A stretch of 64,000 nt of DNA from Patescibacteria group bacterium (lineage in GTDB: Bacteria; Patescibacteriota; Minisyncoccia; Phycocordibacterales; DATDWN01). A model generated the notes under the pieces. The model had not been told where the DNA came from and searched no databases. It saw nothing but the letters and a program-made list of their open reading frames with translations. The translations under genes and the position numbers were made by a program. Shown here piece by piece: positions 9,953-19,522 of the stretch; the stretch's first letter is position 1; every line of letters starts with the position of its first letter. Location of the stretch: positions 3,375 to 67,374 of the forward strand of contig JAZKJH010000005.1 in assembly GCA_040384485.1 (NCBI GenBank), written 5' to 3'.

Positions 9953-9978
9953 TTTTTAAACAAATATAAAAATAAAAT

Positions 9979-10647
9979 CTATTGTGTCTTAAAGCAGTAC
10001 AAAGCTGCGGGTCGCATCACCCCTTTCTTAATGGTTCTCTTGGTATCCTTCAAAAGCCCAAGGGATAAAATTCTCTTTCTGAAATTTCTCTTATCCATAC
10101 TCTCTCCCAAAATAGCCTCGTACGTTTTCTGTAAATCAGAAAGTGTAAACTCTTTTGGCATCAAGTGCTTGGCGATGTCTGTATAGATTATTTTTGATCG
10201 TAGTCTTTCTATAGCGACATCTGTTATTTTATTGTGATCATAAGCTAGCTTCCCCACACTATACGCTGACTTCCAAACTGTAGGGGTTTTTGCTTTTTCA
10301 ACATTTTGCTCTGATTTGGAATTTATAAAACCTAAGTAGGCTACCGCCACCACTCTGCCTCGCGGATCCCGATCTATTTCGCTAAACGTGTATAGCTGTT
10401 CCTTGTAAATATCCTGGATCCCACCTTTGTCTCGAAGTAATCGATCAACGGATTGTTCTGCAGTTTCATCCACATGTATAAGCCCTCCTATATGGGCCAA
10501 TTGGCCCTTAAAGGTATTGTCCGAGGTAACCTCCCCCAACAAAACCTCTAGCTTACCTTCTGTGACACAGAAACAAACAACATCCACAGCAAGAGCTGCA
10601 AAACGTATATCAACTGGTATTGGATTATTGTCCTTAGATTTCTTCAT
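9979..10647 (-). CDS. nrtR: NrtR Nudix-related transcriptional repressor
   Basis: Degenerate Nudix (EQLYTFS..DRDPRGRVV.VAY) plus wHTH (FTLSDLQ..YE.ILG..MDKRNFRK...RPAALY). Confidence 0.92.
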   Translation of the reverse strand: MKKSKDNNPIPVDIRFAALAVDVVCFCVTEGKLEVLLGEVTSDNTFKGQLAHIGGLIHVDETAEQSVDRLLRDKGGIQDIYKEQLYTFSEIDRDPRGRVVAVAYLGFINSKSEQNVEKAKTPTVWKSAYSVGKLAYDHNKITDVAIERLRSKIIYTDIAKHLMPKEFTLSDLQKTYEAILGESMDKRNFRKRILSLGLLKDTKRTIKKGVMRPAALYCFKTQ

Positions 10648-10666
10648 GCTCTTATTATAACACTAA

Positions 10667-11653
10667 TTATTTTACTAATATTTGATCGATTGCTCCAATA
10701 GCTTGTTTTAATCGTTCTTCCGGACTACCGCTCACACAAATGAAGTTTCTGTTAGTTTGGGTTAATTTTTCAATAAACCTTTTGTGCATATCGTGACGAA
10801 TATGCTCACCGTCTCGCAAGCCATCTTGAACAAAAGGTATTTCATCCCCTGTAACAATGTATAAATCATATTTTCTGGTGTCAGAAAAATCATCGACTTC
10901 TTTAGATGCTTTGCCTACATATCTTTCGTGCCAAACACTTGTTGCAAAAGGGTCAGTATCGCATATTACCAATCCATTTCCAGATTCTGTAATAAAATCC
11001 TCTGTCATTGCTTGCATTCTTGCGATGTTTAAAAATTCCTCGCTTCTCCATCTAGCTTCTTCTCCACCAAAACCTTTGCTTTCAGAGTATAGTCGTCCGT
11101 ACTCCGGTACCCAGACAGTTTTGTAATATTTCGCCAAGTCGCGAGATAAAGTCGTTGTGCCTGTTGACTCTGCGCCCAGAACACAGACTCTTCTAGAGAA
11201 GTTAGCCCTCACGCACGGCTCTAAAAACGGCGCTGCGGCCAAAGGGTCCTTTCTGACCATTGTCGCTGAGATAGGTATTGTAACTCTGGCTCTGTCCACT
11301 AGCACATGAGCACATCCCATAAAAGATGCGTATGGGTCACCGTAGTCCTCCGAAGTGAATACTGCGTCTGGTTTTTTTCCAAGCACTTCCAGAGTAAACT
11401 TTGCCCACCCCTCTGAGTCGTCATCGGTTAACTTGTTATCTTCTACAACTTTTATATGTACGTCTGGATGAATTTTCCTCAACCAATCAGCTCGAAGATA
11501 GCCAGAAATAGTTTCGCTTCTTTTCCAGCAAAGTATAACTATCAACTCATCACACTGAGCTTTTGCAGTATCGATAAGGTATTTATGTCCACGGTGAGGC
11601 GGATAAAACTTACCAATAACAAGACCTGTTTTAAATTTAAAAGAATTATTCAT
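10667..11653 (-). CDS. nadR: NadR-type NMN adenylyltransferase / nicotinamide riboside kinase (no HTH)
   Basis: GKFYPPHRGH, PISAT.VR, P-loop GAESTGTTTL, VPEYGR, PFVQDGLR. Confidence 0.92.
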   Translation of the reverse strand: MNNSFKFKTGLVIGKFYPPHRGHKYLIDTAKAQCDELIVILCWKRSETISGYLRADWLRKIHPDVHIKVVEDNKLTDDDSEGWAKFTLEVLGKKPDAVFTSEDYGDPYASFMGCAHVLVDRARVTIPISATMVRKDPLAAAPFLEPCVRANFSRRVCVLGAESTGTTTLSRDLAKYYKTVWVPEYGRLYSESKGFGGEEARWRSEEFLNIARMQAMTEDFITESGNGLVICDTDPFATSVWHERYVGKASKEVDDFSDTRKYDLYIVTGDEIPFVQDGLRDGEHIRHDMHKRFIEKLTQTNRNFICVSGSPEERLKQAIGAIDQILVK

Positions 11654-11662
11654 AAATAATAA

Positions 11663-12370
11663 TTAGATTGTCTCAGTCTCTAGGTTACTTTTCGTTTGCT
11701 TACTGTATGACTTATGTTCTTTGTGCCAACCAATCAAGCCACTTATCGCTATTCCCAGGAATAAAACATATTCCAGAGAAATAAACTTCACTCCTTTAAC
11801 CCAGTATAGCCATATACCTATAACATCCACGATAATCCAAAGTACCCAAGACTCTAGTTTCTTCTTAACCAATAACCACTGTGCAATAAAGCTCATTGTA
11901 GTTGTAAACGCATCTAAAAAGGGATATGTTGTTGCTTCTGGAAAGTATTTTGGTAGCCAATTATCTAGATTCATAGTTACCCATGCTAAAACAACAGTAA
12001 GGAAAGCGACTAGGATAGCATAGAAAACATTCACCTTAAAGCTATTTGTTGATATTTTTAGAGTGTCATTTTTCACTCCGTTCTTATCCTTCTTTGGATG
12101 TAGCCAAACATACCAACCAATAAAACCTGTAATCAAAAAGTACCCCTGTTCCAACATATCTCCATACAGATTGATTTGGTAGAACAGGACCATATATAAT
12201 GTAACTCCAACTATTCCAATAGGCCAAGATAGGATTTTGGCTTTTGATGTGAGCCATACGCACCAAATGGTGAATATCGTACCGAAAAACTCAACATAAC
12301 TCATGGAATAATCCATAAGCGTGAAAAACGTAGTATTTATGCTGAAAAAACTTTGTATTGCTTCAATCAT
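11663..12370 (-). CDS. pnuC: Nicotinamide riboside transporter
   Basis: WPIGI, LYGD..Q, DAFTT..S..AQWL...K.LESW.LWI.VD; adjacent to nadR. Confidence 0.93.
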   Translation of the reverse strand: MIEAIQSFFSINTTFFTLMDYSMSYVEFFGTIFTIWCVWLTSKAKILSWPIGIVGVTLYMVLFYQINLYGDMLEQGYFLITGFIGWYVWLHPKKDKNGVKNDTLKISTNSFKVNVFYAILVAFLTVVLAWVTMNLDNWLPKYFPEATTYPFLDAFTTTMSFIAQWLLVKKKLESWVLWIIVDVIGIWLYWVKGVKFISLEYVLFLGIAISGLIGWHKEHKSYSKQTKSNLETETI

Positions 12371-12390
12371 AATGATATGGTTATAACTAT

Positions 12391-12409
12391 TAGTGTATAA
12401 TATACACTA
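12391..12409. promoter_or_regulatory. Putative NrtR operator upstream of pnuC
   Basis: TAGTGT-ATAATAT-ACACTA palindrome 20 nt upstream of the start codon. Confidence 0.8.
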
Positions 12410-12483
12410 TCATAACCGATATTATAATGCAAGTATTTAAATAAAATCGCACGTTGCAACTACAAAGTGCGATTTTTATCAAG

Positions 12484-12906
12484 TTAGTTATCGAAGAAGT
12501 TCTTACCTCCTTTATAAGCCTCAAAATAGTGCTCTAGCCCAGAAAATAGTGGTGATGGTAAGTTATCCAAGTCATACCAACCCCAACCTTCACACTTGTT
12601 TGGTTCCATAACTTGTGGTTCCCCGCTCTTCCAGTCAGCAATTAACCCAATGTCTACATAGTGTTTTGGGGCATATGTTTTTAGGTTTAATAACCGGAGA
12701 AAATTTATATTATCAATCTCGATTCCTGCTTCTTCCATAACTTCCCTCTTTGCTGACTCGGTAAAAGACTCCATGTATTCAAAATGTCCGCCCGGAAAAG
12801 CATATTCGCCTACTGCATGCGAACCTTTTCTTTTTCCAAGCAACACTTTGCCATCCTTAAGGATCATCACCCCTATTCCAACTTTTACTATATTTTCATT
12901 TTCCAT
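12484..12906 (-). CDS. Nudix hydrolase (MutT/NUDT15-like)
   Basis: FPGGHFEYMESF..SAKREVMEEAG and EPNKCEGWGW. Confidence 0.88.
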   Translation of the reverse strand: MENENIVKVGIGVMILKDGKVLLGKRKGSHAVGEYAFPGGHFEYMESFTESAKREVMEEAGIEIDNINFLRLLNLKTYAPKHYVDIGLIADWKSGEPQVMEPNKCEGWGWYDLDNLPSPLFSGLEHYFEAYKGGKNFFDN

Positions 12907-12979
12907 ATTATATGATTTTTACATTTATTGGTGTTGCCATGTGTTTTTGAAAAAATAGTAATGTAGGACAATGATACTC

Positions 12980-13696
12980 TTAAAAATCTTTATCCGCAAT
13001 TATTTCACTTTTAATTAGATACTTGTCCATAAAATATACTTTTGCCACAATAACTGCACACCATGCAAGCAGTATGGCTAGTATATAAATTAAATCCAAC
13101 CGCAGTAGAGCATCTCCAGTGATGTAAACAAAAATCCCCCAGAAAGCATTCCAAAAAACAACTCCTATAGTTGAGTACAAAATAAATTTTCGAAATGGAA
13201 TCTGCATAATACCAGCTGTTGTAGAACATATTGATGCCATATTCGGCAACCAATAACTGGACAATACGGCAGTAAACAAATGCTTTAAAACCTTCTCTTT
13301 CATTGATTCTACGGAACCACCCAGACCAAACTTTATAAGTAACTTGTACCAACCGTACTTGCCTATAAAATAATCAGCTGTGTAGGATACGGTAAAAGCT
13401 ATGCAGACCACCACGACTACGAACATGGCCCGTGGAATATTTCCGACCGCACTCATAACCCCTATAAATATAACTGCCCCGCCTGGGAAATAATTTCCGG
13501 CCAGCAGTAACCCTTCCACTACTGCAGACAAGAAAATAACAGTAATTCCGTATTCATTTACAAACTCAGTAACTATTCTAAGCACCTCATCTCTAGGAGG
13601 TAAACCGAAAAACTTACTAAGTAGTTCCAGTGAAATAAAAGAAAGTAAAATAACCAAAGGAATAGCTGTTATCTTTAGAATTTTACCGAGACTCAT
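12980..13696 (-). CDS. DedA/VTT-family membrane protein
   Basis: E.LL..G.YFPG, Y.IGKYG, AGI..IPFRKF. Confidence 0.8.
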   Translation of the reverse strand: MSLGKILKITAIPLVILLSFISLELLSKFFGLPPRDEVLRIVTEFVNEYGITVIFLSAVVEGLLLAGNYFPGGAVIFIGVMSAVGNIPRAMFVVVVVCIAFTVSYTADYFIGKYGWYKLLIKFGLGGSVESMKEKVLKHLFTAVLSSYWLPNMASICSTTAGIMQIPFRKFILYSTIGVVFWNAFWGIFVYITGDALLRLDLIYILAILLAWCAVIVAKVYFMDKYLIKSEIIADKDF

Positions 13697-13704
13697 TTTT
13701 TAAT

Positions 13705-14622
13705 TTACTTAAAAACAACTGAACCGCTATCTAACTTCAAATCAAGTACCATCTCTCCCTTAGAAGTAAAACTGTATGCTTGAGAAGCAGTAAGTAACCC
13801 GATAAAGACTTGTTCTTGTGAACCTTCACAGAACGCCAGCGTAGAGATTGTGTTTGTAAACTTTATGTTTCCCTCAGTTGTTGAATAGTTTCCACCCGCA
13901 CTATTACAATCAGTGGTTGCAATGAAAGTCCCGTCATTTTTAAAACTAATGCTAAATGCCTCTGACTTGTTTGGAGTTACAACTTTTCCGTCGTTATATA
14001 CAACCCTAACCCATGTCCAATTTTTCATTGTAAGAGACATTTTCTTTGGATCTGCCTCGCCTTCAAAGTTCTGTTCTACTTGTCCAAACTGCATACTATC
14101 TACATCAAGTTTAAGCCATATACTTTTCCCAACTGAAGGCGATACTGTAAAAGCCTCGCCCGCCTTTCTATCGGCATAGTTCACAATGATCACGTTGTCA
14201 TGTGATGGATTCTTACTCATTTCTGTTGTCTGCGGTGCGATTCTATCTCCTAACAGTAGACCTTCTGACCCGACATATCCGTCAGCAGTGTTCAGACTAG
14301 CTACAACATAATAAAATGTCCCACTACCTCCATTATTTTGTGTTACAAGAAACACTACATCTTCCCTACCATCCTTGTTCAAATCCGCTCGAACTTCATT
14401 TCCAAAATACTGAGTCGTAACAACTGACGCGGAACCAGGTGCTGCAGGTGTTTCTGAAACACCGCCTACCAACATCACTTTCTGCCCATCAATAGTGTAT
14501 TCTGTATTTTTATAATCCTTTTGAGATACCTCCTCGTTTTCTACCTTAGATTTTGTAAACAAGAAAAACAAACTCGCTACCACAACCAAACCTATGATTC
14601 CATATATTATTTTTTTATTCAT
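13705..14622 (-). CDS. Membrane-anchored protein with C-terminal META domain
   Basis: N-terminal TM, DLNKDGRED loop, GGSGTFYY, and a META domain paralogous to 3433-3858. Confidence 0.75.
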   Translation of the reverse strand: MNKKIIYGIIGLVVVASLFFLFTKSKVENEEVSQKDYKNTEYTIDGQKVMLVGGVSETPAAPGSASVVTTQYFGNEVRADLNKDGREDVVFLVTQNNGGSGTFYYVVASLNTADGYVGSEGLLLGDRIAPQTTEMSKNPSHDNVIIVNYADRKAGEAFTVSPSVGKSIWLKLDVDSMQFGQVEQNFEGEADPKKMSLTMKNWTWVRVVYNDGKVVTPNKSEAFSISFKNDGTFIATTDCNSAGGNYSTTEGNIKFTNTISTLAFCEGSQEQVFIGLLTASQAYSFTSKGEMVLDLKLDSGSVVFK

Positions 14623-14635
14623 ATAGTTTTAGACG

Positions 14636-15586
14636 TTATTTTCCAGCTTTTATTGCACCCTTGATAAGATCTGGAGAAAATCCAGTAGGAACAGTGCCTG
14701 TTAGGGCATACTGGTATATTGCTAGTTTAAATATTGAACTAAGTGTAGAGGACACAACACTAATACCAACCATAGCAACAACGAACAATATTCCAACCAA
14801 AATAACCATTTCAAACACAGGTACAAGTATAATAATTATTCCACAAACTGCTATTATCCCCAAAACAAGTGCCATAAAATATAACCCTACACCAAAGCTG
14901 ATTATTATTGTTTCTCCCCATGTCTTCCTAATGAGCGCAGCAGACTCCTTGAAGGATTCTCCTACCGAACGTTGACCGATAACAAGCGAAGGTAAACTGA
15001 AATAAGTCATTATTGCCCATGCAGCACCTAGTAGCCATACTACCAATTGTCCAAGCCATTTAGATTTATCAGAAATAAATCGTAGTACTACCCCAACTGT
15101 AGCTGATATAACTGACCAAACAAAAATCTTTCCGATATTTCTATTTGCACCACTTATTCCTTCACTAAGAGATAAGTTTTGTCCGTTAAACTGTCCTTGG
15201 ACAATAATATAAACCCCTGCCATAAAGTAGTTTGCGATAAAAAACATAACTACATAGTAAACAAATAAAGTTGTGTAAGTTAGAACTTCTCCTCCAACAT
15301 CACTAATGTTATTAAAGGCGTTTATGTCTCCCTGCATGACCACAAAGAAAAATAAGGCCACCATCACAACAAGCGCCAAAAGACTGGCGATTCCTGAAAA
15401 AACAGGAAACCAAAGTAGTTCTTTGTTTTGTTTTAAAATATTCCAAGACTCCTTAAATATCATTTTACTTGCCTTAAACTTCCCTATTTTTATTGGAGGA
15501 GTTTGTGGCACTTGCTGTTGTACTGGTTGTACGGGTGTGAAGTTTTGAACTGGACTCATCGGGGACACGTTTTCTTCTGGGTTCAT
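14636..15586 (-). CDS. Conserved membrane protein (DUF6159-like)
   Basis: SW.ILK.NKELL.FP and S..LIRKTWGE, multiple TMs. Confidence 0.6.
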   Translation of the reverse strand: MNPEENVSPMSPVQNFTPVQPVQQQVPQTPPIKIGKFKASKMIFKESWNILKQNKELLWFPVFSGIASLLALVVMVALFFFVVMQGDINAFNNISDVGGEVLTYTTLFVYYVVMFFIANYFMAGVYIIVQGQFNGQNLSLSEGISGANRNIGKIFVWSVISATVGVVLRFISDKSKWLGQLVVWLLGAAWAIMTYFSLPSLVIGQRSVGESFKESAALIRKTWGETIIISFGVGLYFMALVLGIIAVCGIIIILVPVFEMVILVGILFVVAMVGISVVSSTLSSIFKLAIYQYALTGTVPTGFSPDLIKGAIKAGK

Positions 15587-15647
15587 TTCTATGTAAATAA
15601 ATTAGAATAATAACTTAATTATTCCACACAAAACCTGTTTTGGATAG

Positions 15648-15908
15648 TTAGCTCAGTTTCCCTTTTTTGTAGGTTTTTACTAGTCCTAATTTTTGCAATT
15701 TAGACAACTTTTTCACTTCTGCTTCTCTTTTTGAGGCAACAGATCGGTTTTCTTGCTTTTCTGTATATACAACTCTCAAGACCTTTCTAGACCTCGTATA
15801 GTGCCCACCCTTTCCTAGTTTGTGTTCCAGGAAACGACGATCCAAATCTGTTGTAATACCGGTGTACAGTGAGTTATCAGAGCATTTTAGAATATATAAA
15901 AAATACAT
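15648..15908 (-). CDS. GIY-YIG nuclease (YhbQ/UPF0213-like)
   Basis: YILKCSDNSLYTGITTDL.RR..EH..GKG..YT...A.KRE..VK. Confidence 0.9.
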   Translation of the reverse strand: MYFLYILKCSDNSLYTGITTDLDRRFLEHKLGKGGHYTRSRKVLRVVYTEKQENRSVASKREAEVKKLSKLQKLGLVKTYKKGKLS

Positions 15909-15974
15909 AACTTACATTATCTCACATTCAAATAAAAACTCCGCAATCCTTTTCAAGACTGTGGAGTTTATTTT

Positions 15975-16841
15975 TTAGCGACTCAACTTACGAGCAAGAT
16001 ATCGAACTAGAGCAACTTCGATATTGTACAGGGCATGCAACACTATCGCGGTACCGATGCCGTAAAAAATCGTGGCGTACATCATCACAAACCCAACGAT
16101 CCATGAGTTCAAAAGACCCACAGGACCTTGGTACTTGTGCCCGTCCCGAAAACTTGCATTGGCTGCAATGATGCCAAACACAAACAGTGGTGAAAGATTG
16201 GGATGGTTAAAAACCATTTCAAAGTTACCGAGGGTTACAAAGTTTACCAACGGTACTGTAATGTTCTGATAGATCCAGAATACAGGATCACTGTACCCTC
16301 CATACCAGATCATCCACAAGATCAGAGCACCAAAACTTATCGGCACAAGAGCTACAAATTTATTCCACCTCTCTGCATTTATGAGTATGAGTAACCCGAA
16401 GATAAGGATCACTAGTCCGATAATACTTCCAGCGAATGTGCCCAGAAGCCAGTTCAGTGCGGTGATGCTTACCATGGCTGTACAAATGTACAACCAACGG
16501 TAACCTATCTCTTCCCAAACTCCTGCCAGAGTGCCAGTTACAAGACTTAACCCAAACACTGCCTCATCCTCTTCACCACTCGAAATACCACTTGCAAGAG
16601 TGACAACGATTGCGAGAGATGCAGCATACAAAAGCAGTGGCCAGAAGTATGTGATTACTCCTTCAGGTACAGACCATCTTAGGTTTGGATGTTGAAAAAA
16701 GTTGGGATAAAAATACCCAACAACCCAAACAAAAGCAGCTGCACAAGCCAACCCAGCTATGTTAATGAGCTGACCAGCAAATATCGTCTTTTTGAATTCC
16801 AGTTCCCTGCTTGGTAAAGCAATTGTCGCTGTTCGACTCAA
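15975..16841 (-). CDS. CPBP (Abi/CAAX) intramembrane metalloprotease
   Basis: WEEIGYR, F...H, H.LYN motifs. TTG start with GAGGAGG SD. Confidence 0.75.
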   Translation of the reverse strand: MSRTATIALPSRELEFKKTIFAGQLINIAGLACAAAFVWVVGYFYPNFFQHPNLRWSVPEGVITYFWPLLLYAASLAIVVTLASGISSGEEDEAVFGLSLVTGTLAGVWEEIGYRWLYICTAMVSITALNWLLGTFAGSIIGLVILIFGLLILINAERWNKFVALVPISFGALILWMIWYGGYSDPVFWIYQNITVPLVNFVTLGNFEMVFNHPNLSPLFVFGIIAANASFRDGHKYQGPVGLLNSWIVGFVMMYATIFYGIGTAIVLHALYNIEVALVRYLARKLSR

Positions 16842-16924
16842 AGAATCCTCCTCTGAAACGTTAGTTTATTCCGACAATACAATAAAGTATTTACTGTAAA
16901 ATGTAAAGGGGTGGGCACTTAAAA

Positions 16925-18637
16925 CTATCGTAACTTTTCAACGCTGGCTAGTTCATGACTGCTAGAAGCCCGGGACCTTAAATATTCAATATGTTCGCCA
17001 CGAATAGACTGCATTTCTGCCGCATGTTCTGCAAACTTACCTACTAGAGATGCCGCGTGTGCTCCACCCAAAACATGTGGAAGAATCACGTAGTCTGCCC
17101 CTGCTTCATACAATGTTATAGCATTAGAAACTCTGTGAGCCACCAGCATCACCACAGGCCCCTTACCGTCAGGTTTTATAGTAGACAATATAACCAGGTT
17201 CGTTTCCAAGTCTGGAACGGTAGATACCACCAAATCCGCCTCATTCATTTTTAGTTCAAGTAACAAGTCAGGGTCTCCGGCATCTCCATAAGTATATTCA
17301 ATTTTTTTATCTGCTAGCTCTGCCATAACTTCTGGATCGTGCTCCAAAACCATAAACTTTCTTTTTTCTTCTTTAAAAATTCTAATAAACTCGTGTCCAA
17401 TACGATTGGCACCTATTAGAAAAACTGGATAACTTTTGATATGTATTTGTTGCTCCTTTGCATTTTTTCGTTCAAATATAGTTAAATACTTTGCTAGATA
17501 CTTGTATAAGGTGTCAGAATAAAAAATAAGATAACTAGATATAAAAATTGTTATTAGTCCAACCAGTGTCACCATCGAAAGTACATTTGGAACAACTTGT
17601 CCCAAAGAAACTCCGAGTGCGACTAGAATCAAAGAAAACTCGCTGATCTGAGCTGCCATCATCCCCGTCTGAAAACTTGTTTTTTTCTTGTAGCCCAACA
17701 AACCCATAACAATAAGCTGAAGAAGTGGGTTACATACAAGTACGAATAAAGAAAGGAGGATTGCTGGGGCCAAAATCGCTCCAAAATCTGTCACCACCAT
17801 TCTGGTTCCAAGAAGAATAAAGAAAGCGACAATAAAGAAATCTCGTAGTGGAGCCAGGCGCGCGCTGATCTCGTGTCGACTAGGTAATGTAGAAAGTGCA
17901 ACTCCGGCAATCAAGGCTCCTCCCTCGATCGAGAGTCCGATACTCGCAAACAAAGCTGCAATTCCCATCCCCCATGCATTTGCAAAAAGAAATAATAATT
18001 CTTGAGACTTGGTTAGATATGTATGTAAATGTCGAACTATATAATGAGACACCAGAAACACTGCAAATCCAATAACTATTGCCAGTCCCAGAGTTTTAAA
18101 AAGTTCTATTCCATTACCTTGTGCTCCAGTTATAAAAGGAATAGCAAAAAGTAGAACGATGGCGATAAGGTCCTGTAGAAGCAAAGAGCCGATAGAGAGT
18201 TTTACATACAGCTTATCCAAATCACCTTTGTCGGAAAGAATTTTGAGCACAATAACAGTACTAGAGAATGAAAGTGCAATTCCAACATACATTGAAGTTA
18301 TCCAATCAAACCCAAGCAACATACACAACAAAACTCCAACTCCTCCAGTAAGTAGAACCTGTCCTATACCAGTAATAAAAGAGGCTTTTCCGTACTCTTT
18401 TAACATTTTAGGATTAAGACTTAACCCTACACTGAACAATAGAAAAGAAATCCCCAATTCACTAAAAAGTTCCAATGTTTCTACATCTTTAAAAAGTCCT
18501 AACGCGAACCGACTCATTAAAAAACCTGTTAATATGTGTCCAATAATTAACGGCTGTTTCAAAACCCTCATAAGCAGAGCGATGAGTGTAGCGAACACAA
18601 CCAGAACACCTATTTGAGCAAAAACATTGAGATCCAT
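16925..18637 (-). CDS. CPA2 cation:proton antiporter with TrkA-N domain (KefB/KefC-like)
   Basis: LLF.VGL.L, SST.IV.K.L, QD, PLRDFF..FF, QISEFS, IGANRIG. Confidence 0.9.
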   Translation of the reverse strand: MDLNVFAQIGVLVVFATLIALLMRVLKQPLIIGHILTGFLMSRFALGLFKDVETLELFSELGISFLLFSVGLSLNPKMLKEYGKASFITGIGQVLLTGGVGVLLCMLLGFDWITSMYVGIALSFSSTVIVLKILSDKGDLDKLYVKLSIGSLLLQDLIAIVLLFAIPFITGAQGNGIELFKTLGLAIVIGFAVFLVSHYIVRHLHTYLTKSQELLFLFANAWGMGIAALFASIGLSIEGGALIAGVALSTLPSRHEISARLAPLRDFFIVAFFILLGTRMVVTDFGAILAPAILLSLFVLVCNPLLQLIVMGLLGYKKKTSFQTGMMAAQISEFSLILVALGVSLGQVVPNVLSMVTLVGLITIFISSYLIFYSDTLYKYLAKYLTIFERKNAKEQQIHIKSYPVFLIGANRIGHEFIRIFKEEKRKFMVLEHDPEVMAELADKKIEYTYGDAGDPDLLLELKMNEADLVVSTVPDLETNLVILSTIKPDGKGPVVMLVAHRVSNAITLYEAGADYVILPHVLGGAHAASLVGKFAEHAAEMQSIRGEHIEYLRSRASSSHELASVEKLR

Positions 18638-18702
18638 ATGGCTTAATTATAGCTTTCGCTCAACCAAATTGCGAATAAAAGTGTGGACTAAAAACATATC
18701 AT

Positions 18703-18732
18703 TTGACATAAAAGCTTAGCTCGTAGTAGTAT
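18703..18732 (+). promoter_or_regulatory. Sigma70-type promoter of the attenuator leader
   Basis: TTGACA(18703-08)-18 nt-TAGTAT(18727-32). The predicted TSS is at or near the leader ATG (18739). Confidence 0.65.
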
Positions 18733-18738
18733 CAAATT

Positions 18739-18813
18739 ATGTCAAAAAGTTTTAAACAAAGCCCAATCAATAGTTATTATTACTATACTCATCTCGCGAC
18801 GGGGCTTGTTTAA
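18739..18813 (+). CDS. Putative attenuator leader peptide MSKSFKQSPINSYYYYTHLATGLV
   Basis: 24 codons with TAT TAT TAC TAT, embedded in mutually exclusive hairpins. Not in the ORF track. Confidence 0.7.
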   Translation: MSKSFKQSPINSYYYYTHLATGLV

Positions 18814-18838
18814 GGTGCTGAAAATTTTTCAACTTCTC

Positions 18839-18871
18839 AAAACCGGCCTCACAAGGCCGGTTTTGTTCTTT
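18839..18871 (+). terminator. Attenuator terminator
   Basis: AAAACCGGCCT-CACA-AGGCCGGTTTT followed by GTTCTTT, between promoter and kinase gene. Confidence 0.8.
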
Positions 18872-18912
18872 AACAATTTACTTTATTTCTTCAATCAAAC
18901 AGGAGACAACCG

Positions 18913-19455
18913 ATGCGGAAACTAATGCTGTTCTGTGGCTTGCCCGGAAGCGGAAAGACTACCTTATCAAAAGAGGTGTGCAGAGTCACAAGTGCCCACC
19001 TCATCGACCTCGACGATTTCAAAAAAGTTGACGTGGACCCATCAAGTGTAACTAGTGAGATAGATCCCCCAGAAGTTAGGTGGAAATACTACCAAAAAGG
19101 TGTATGCGAAGCAGCGAGACTGTTTGATGGTGGAGTTAAAACCATCGTGTTGGACGAAGTGTTCCACTTGGCAGAGCTTAGGGAGCGAATCAATGTCTTC
19201 TGTCACGCTAAAGGTATTTCTACTGTCTGGGTTGAGGTCAAATGCCCTTATGACATCGTAAAAGAAAGACTGCTTTCCAAACCTCGTATTGGACACATAT
19301 TGTCTACTGCGGAGGCTCTAGCGATGTATCAAATGTTTACTGAGATCTTTGAGCCATTTGAACCGTGTAGTCAGCATATTGTGATTAACAATGTGGACTC
19401 TGATTTTATTGGTAGGTCAACCAACCTGATTCTCGATAAGATTGAATGGAAGTAA
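18913..19455 (+). CDS. P-loop kinase (AAA_33-like), substrate unknown
   Basis: CGLPGSGKTTLS, IDLDD, IVLD..F....R, V.CP.DIVKERL; AGGAG SD. Confidence 0.8.
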   Translation: MRKLMLFCGLPGSGKTTLSKEVCRVTSAHLIDLDDFKKVDVDPSSVTSEIDPPEVRWKYYQKGVCEAARLFDGGVKTIVLDEVFHLAELRERINVFCHAKGISTVWVEVKCPYDIVKERLLSKPRIGHILSTAEALAMYQMFTEIFEPFEPCSQHIVINNVDSDFIGRSTNLILDKIEWK

Positions 19456-19522
19456 ATTGTAAAAATCCGACACAACGGTGTCGGATTTTATTTATCAACA
19501 ATAAGTTATAATTATAATCAAT

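Noticed and set aside
3433-14622. Two paralogous META-domain proteins
   Set aside because: The paralogy is real but diverged, and such surface proteins are common. No sign of a special mechanism.
15648-15908. GIY-YIG gene as a homing endonuclease or mobile element
   Set aside because: It is the short stand-alone YhbQ-like form, with no intron, flanking repeats or DNA-binding extension.
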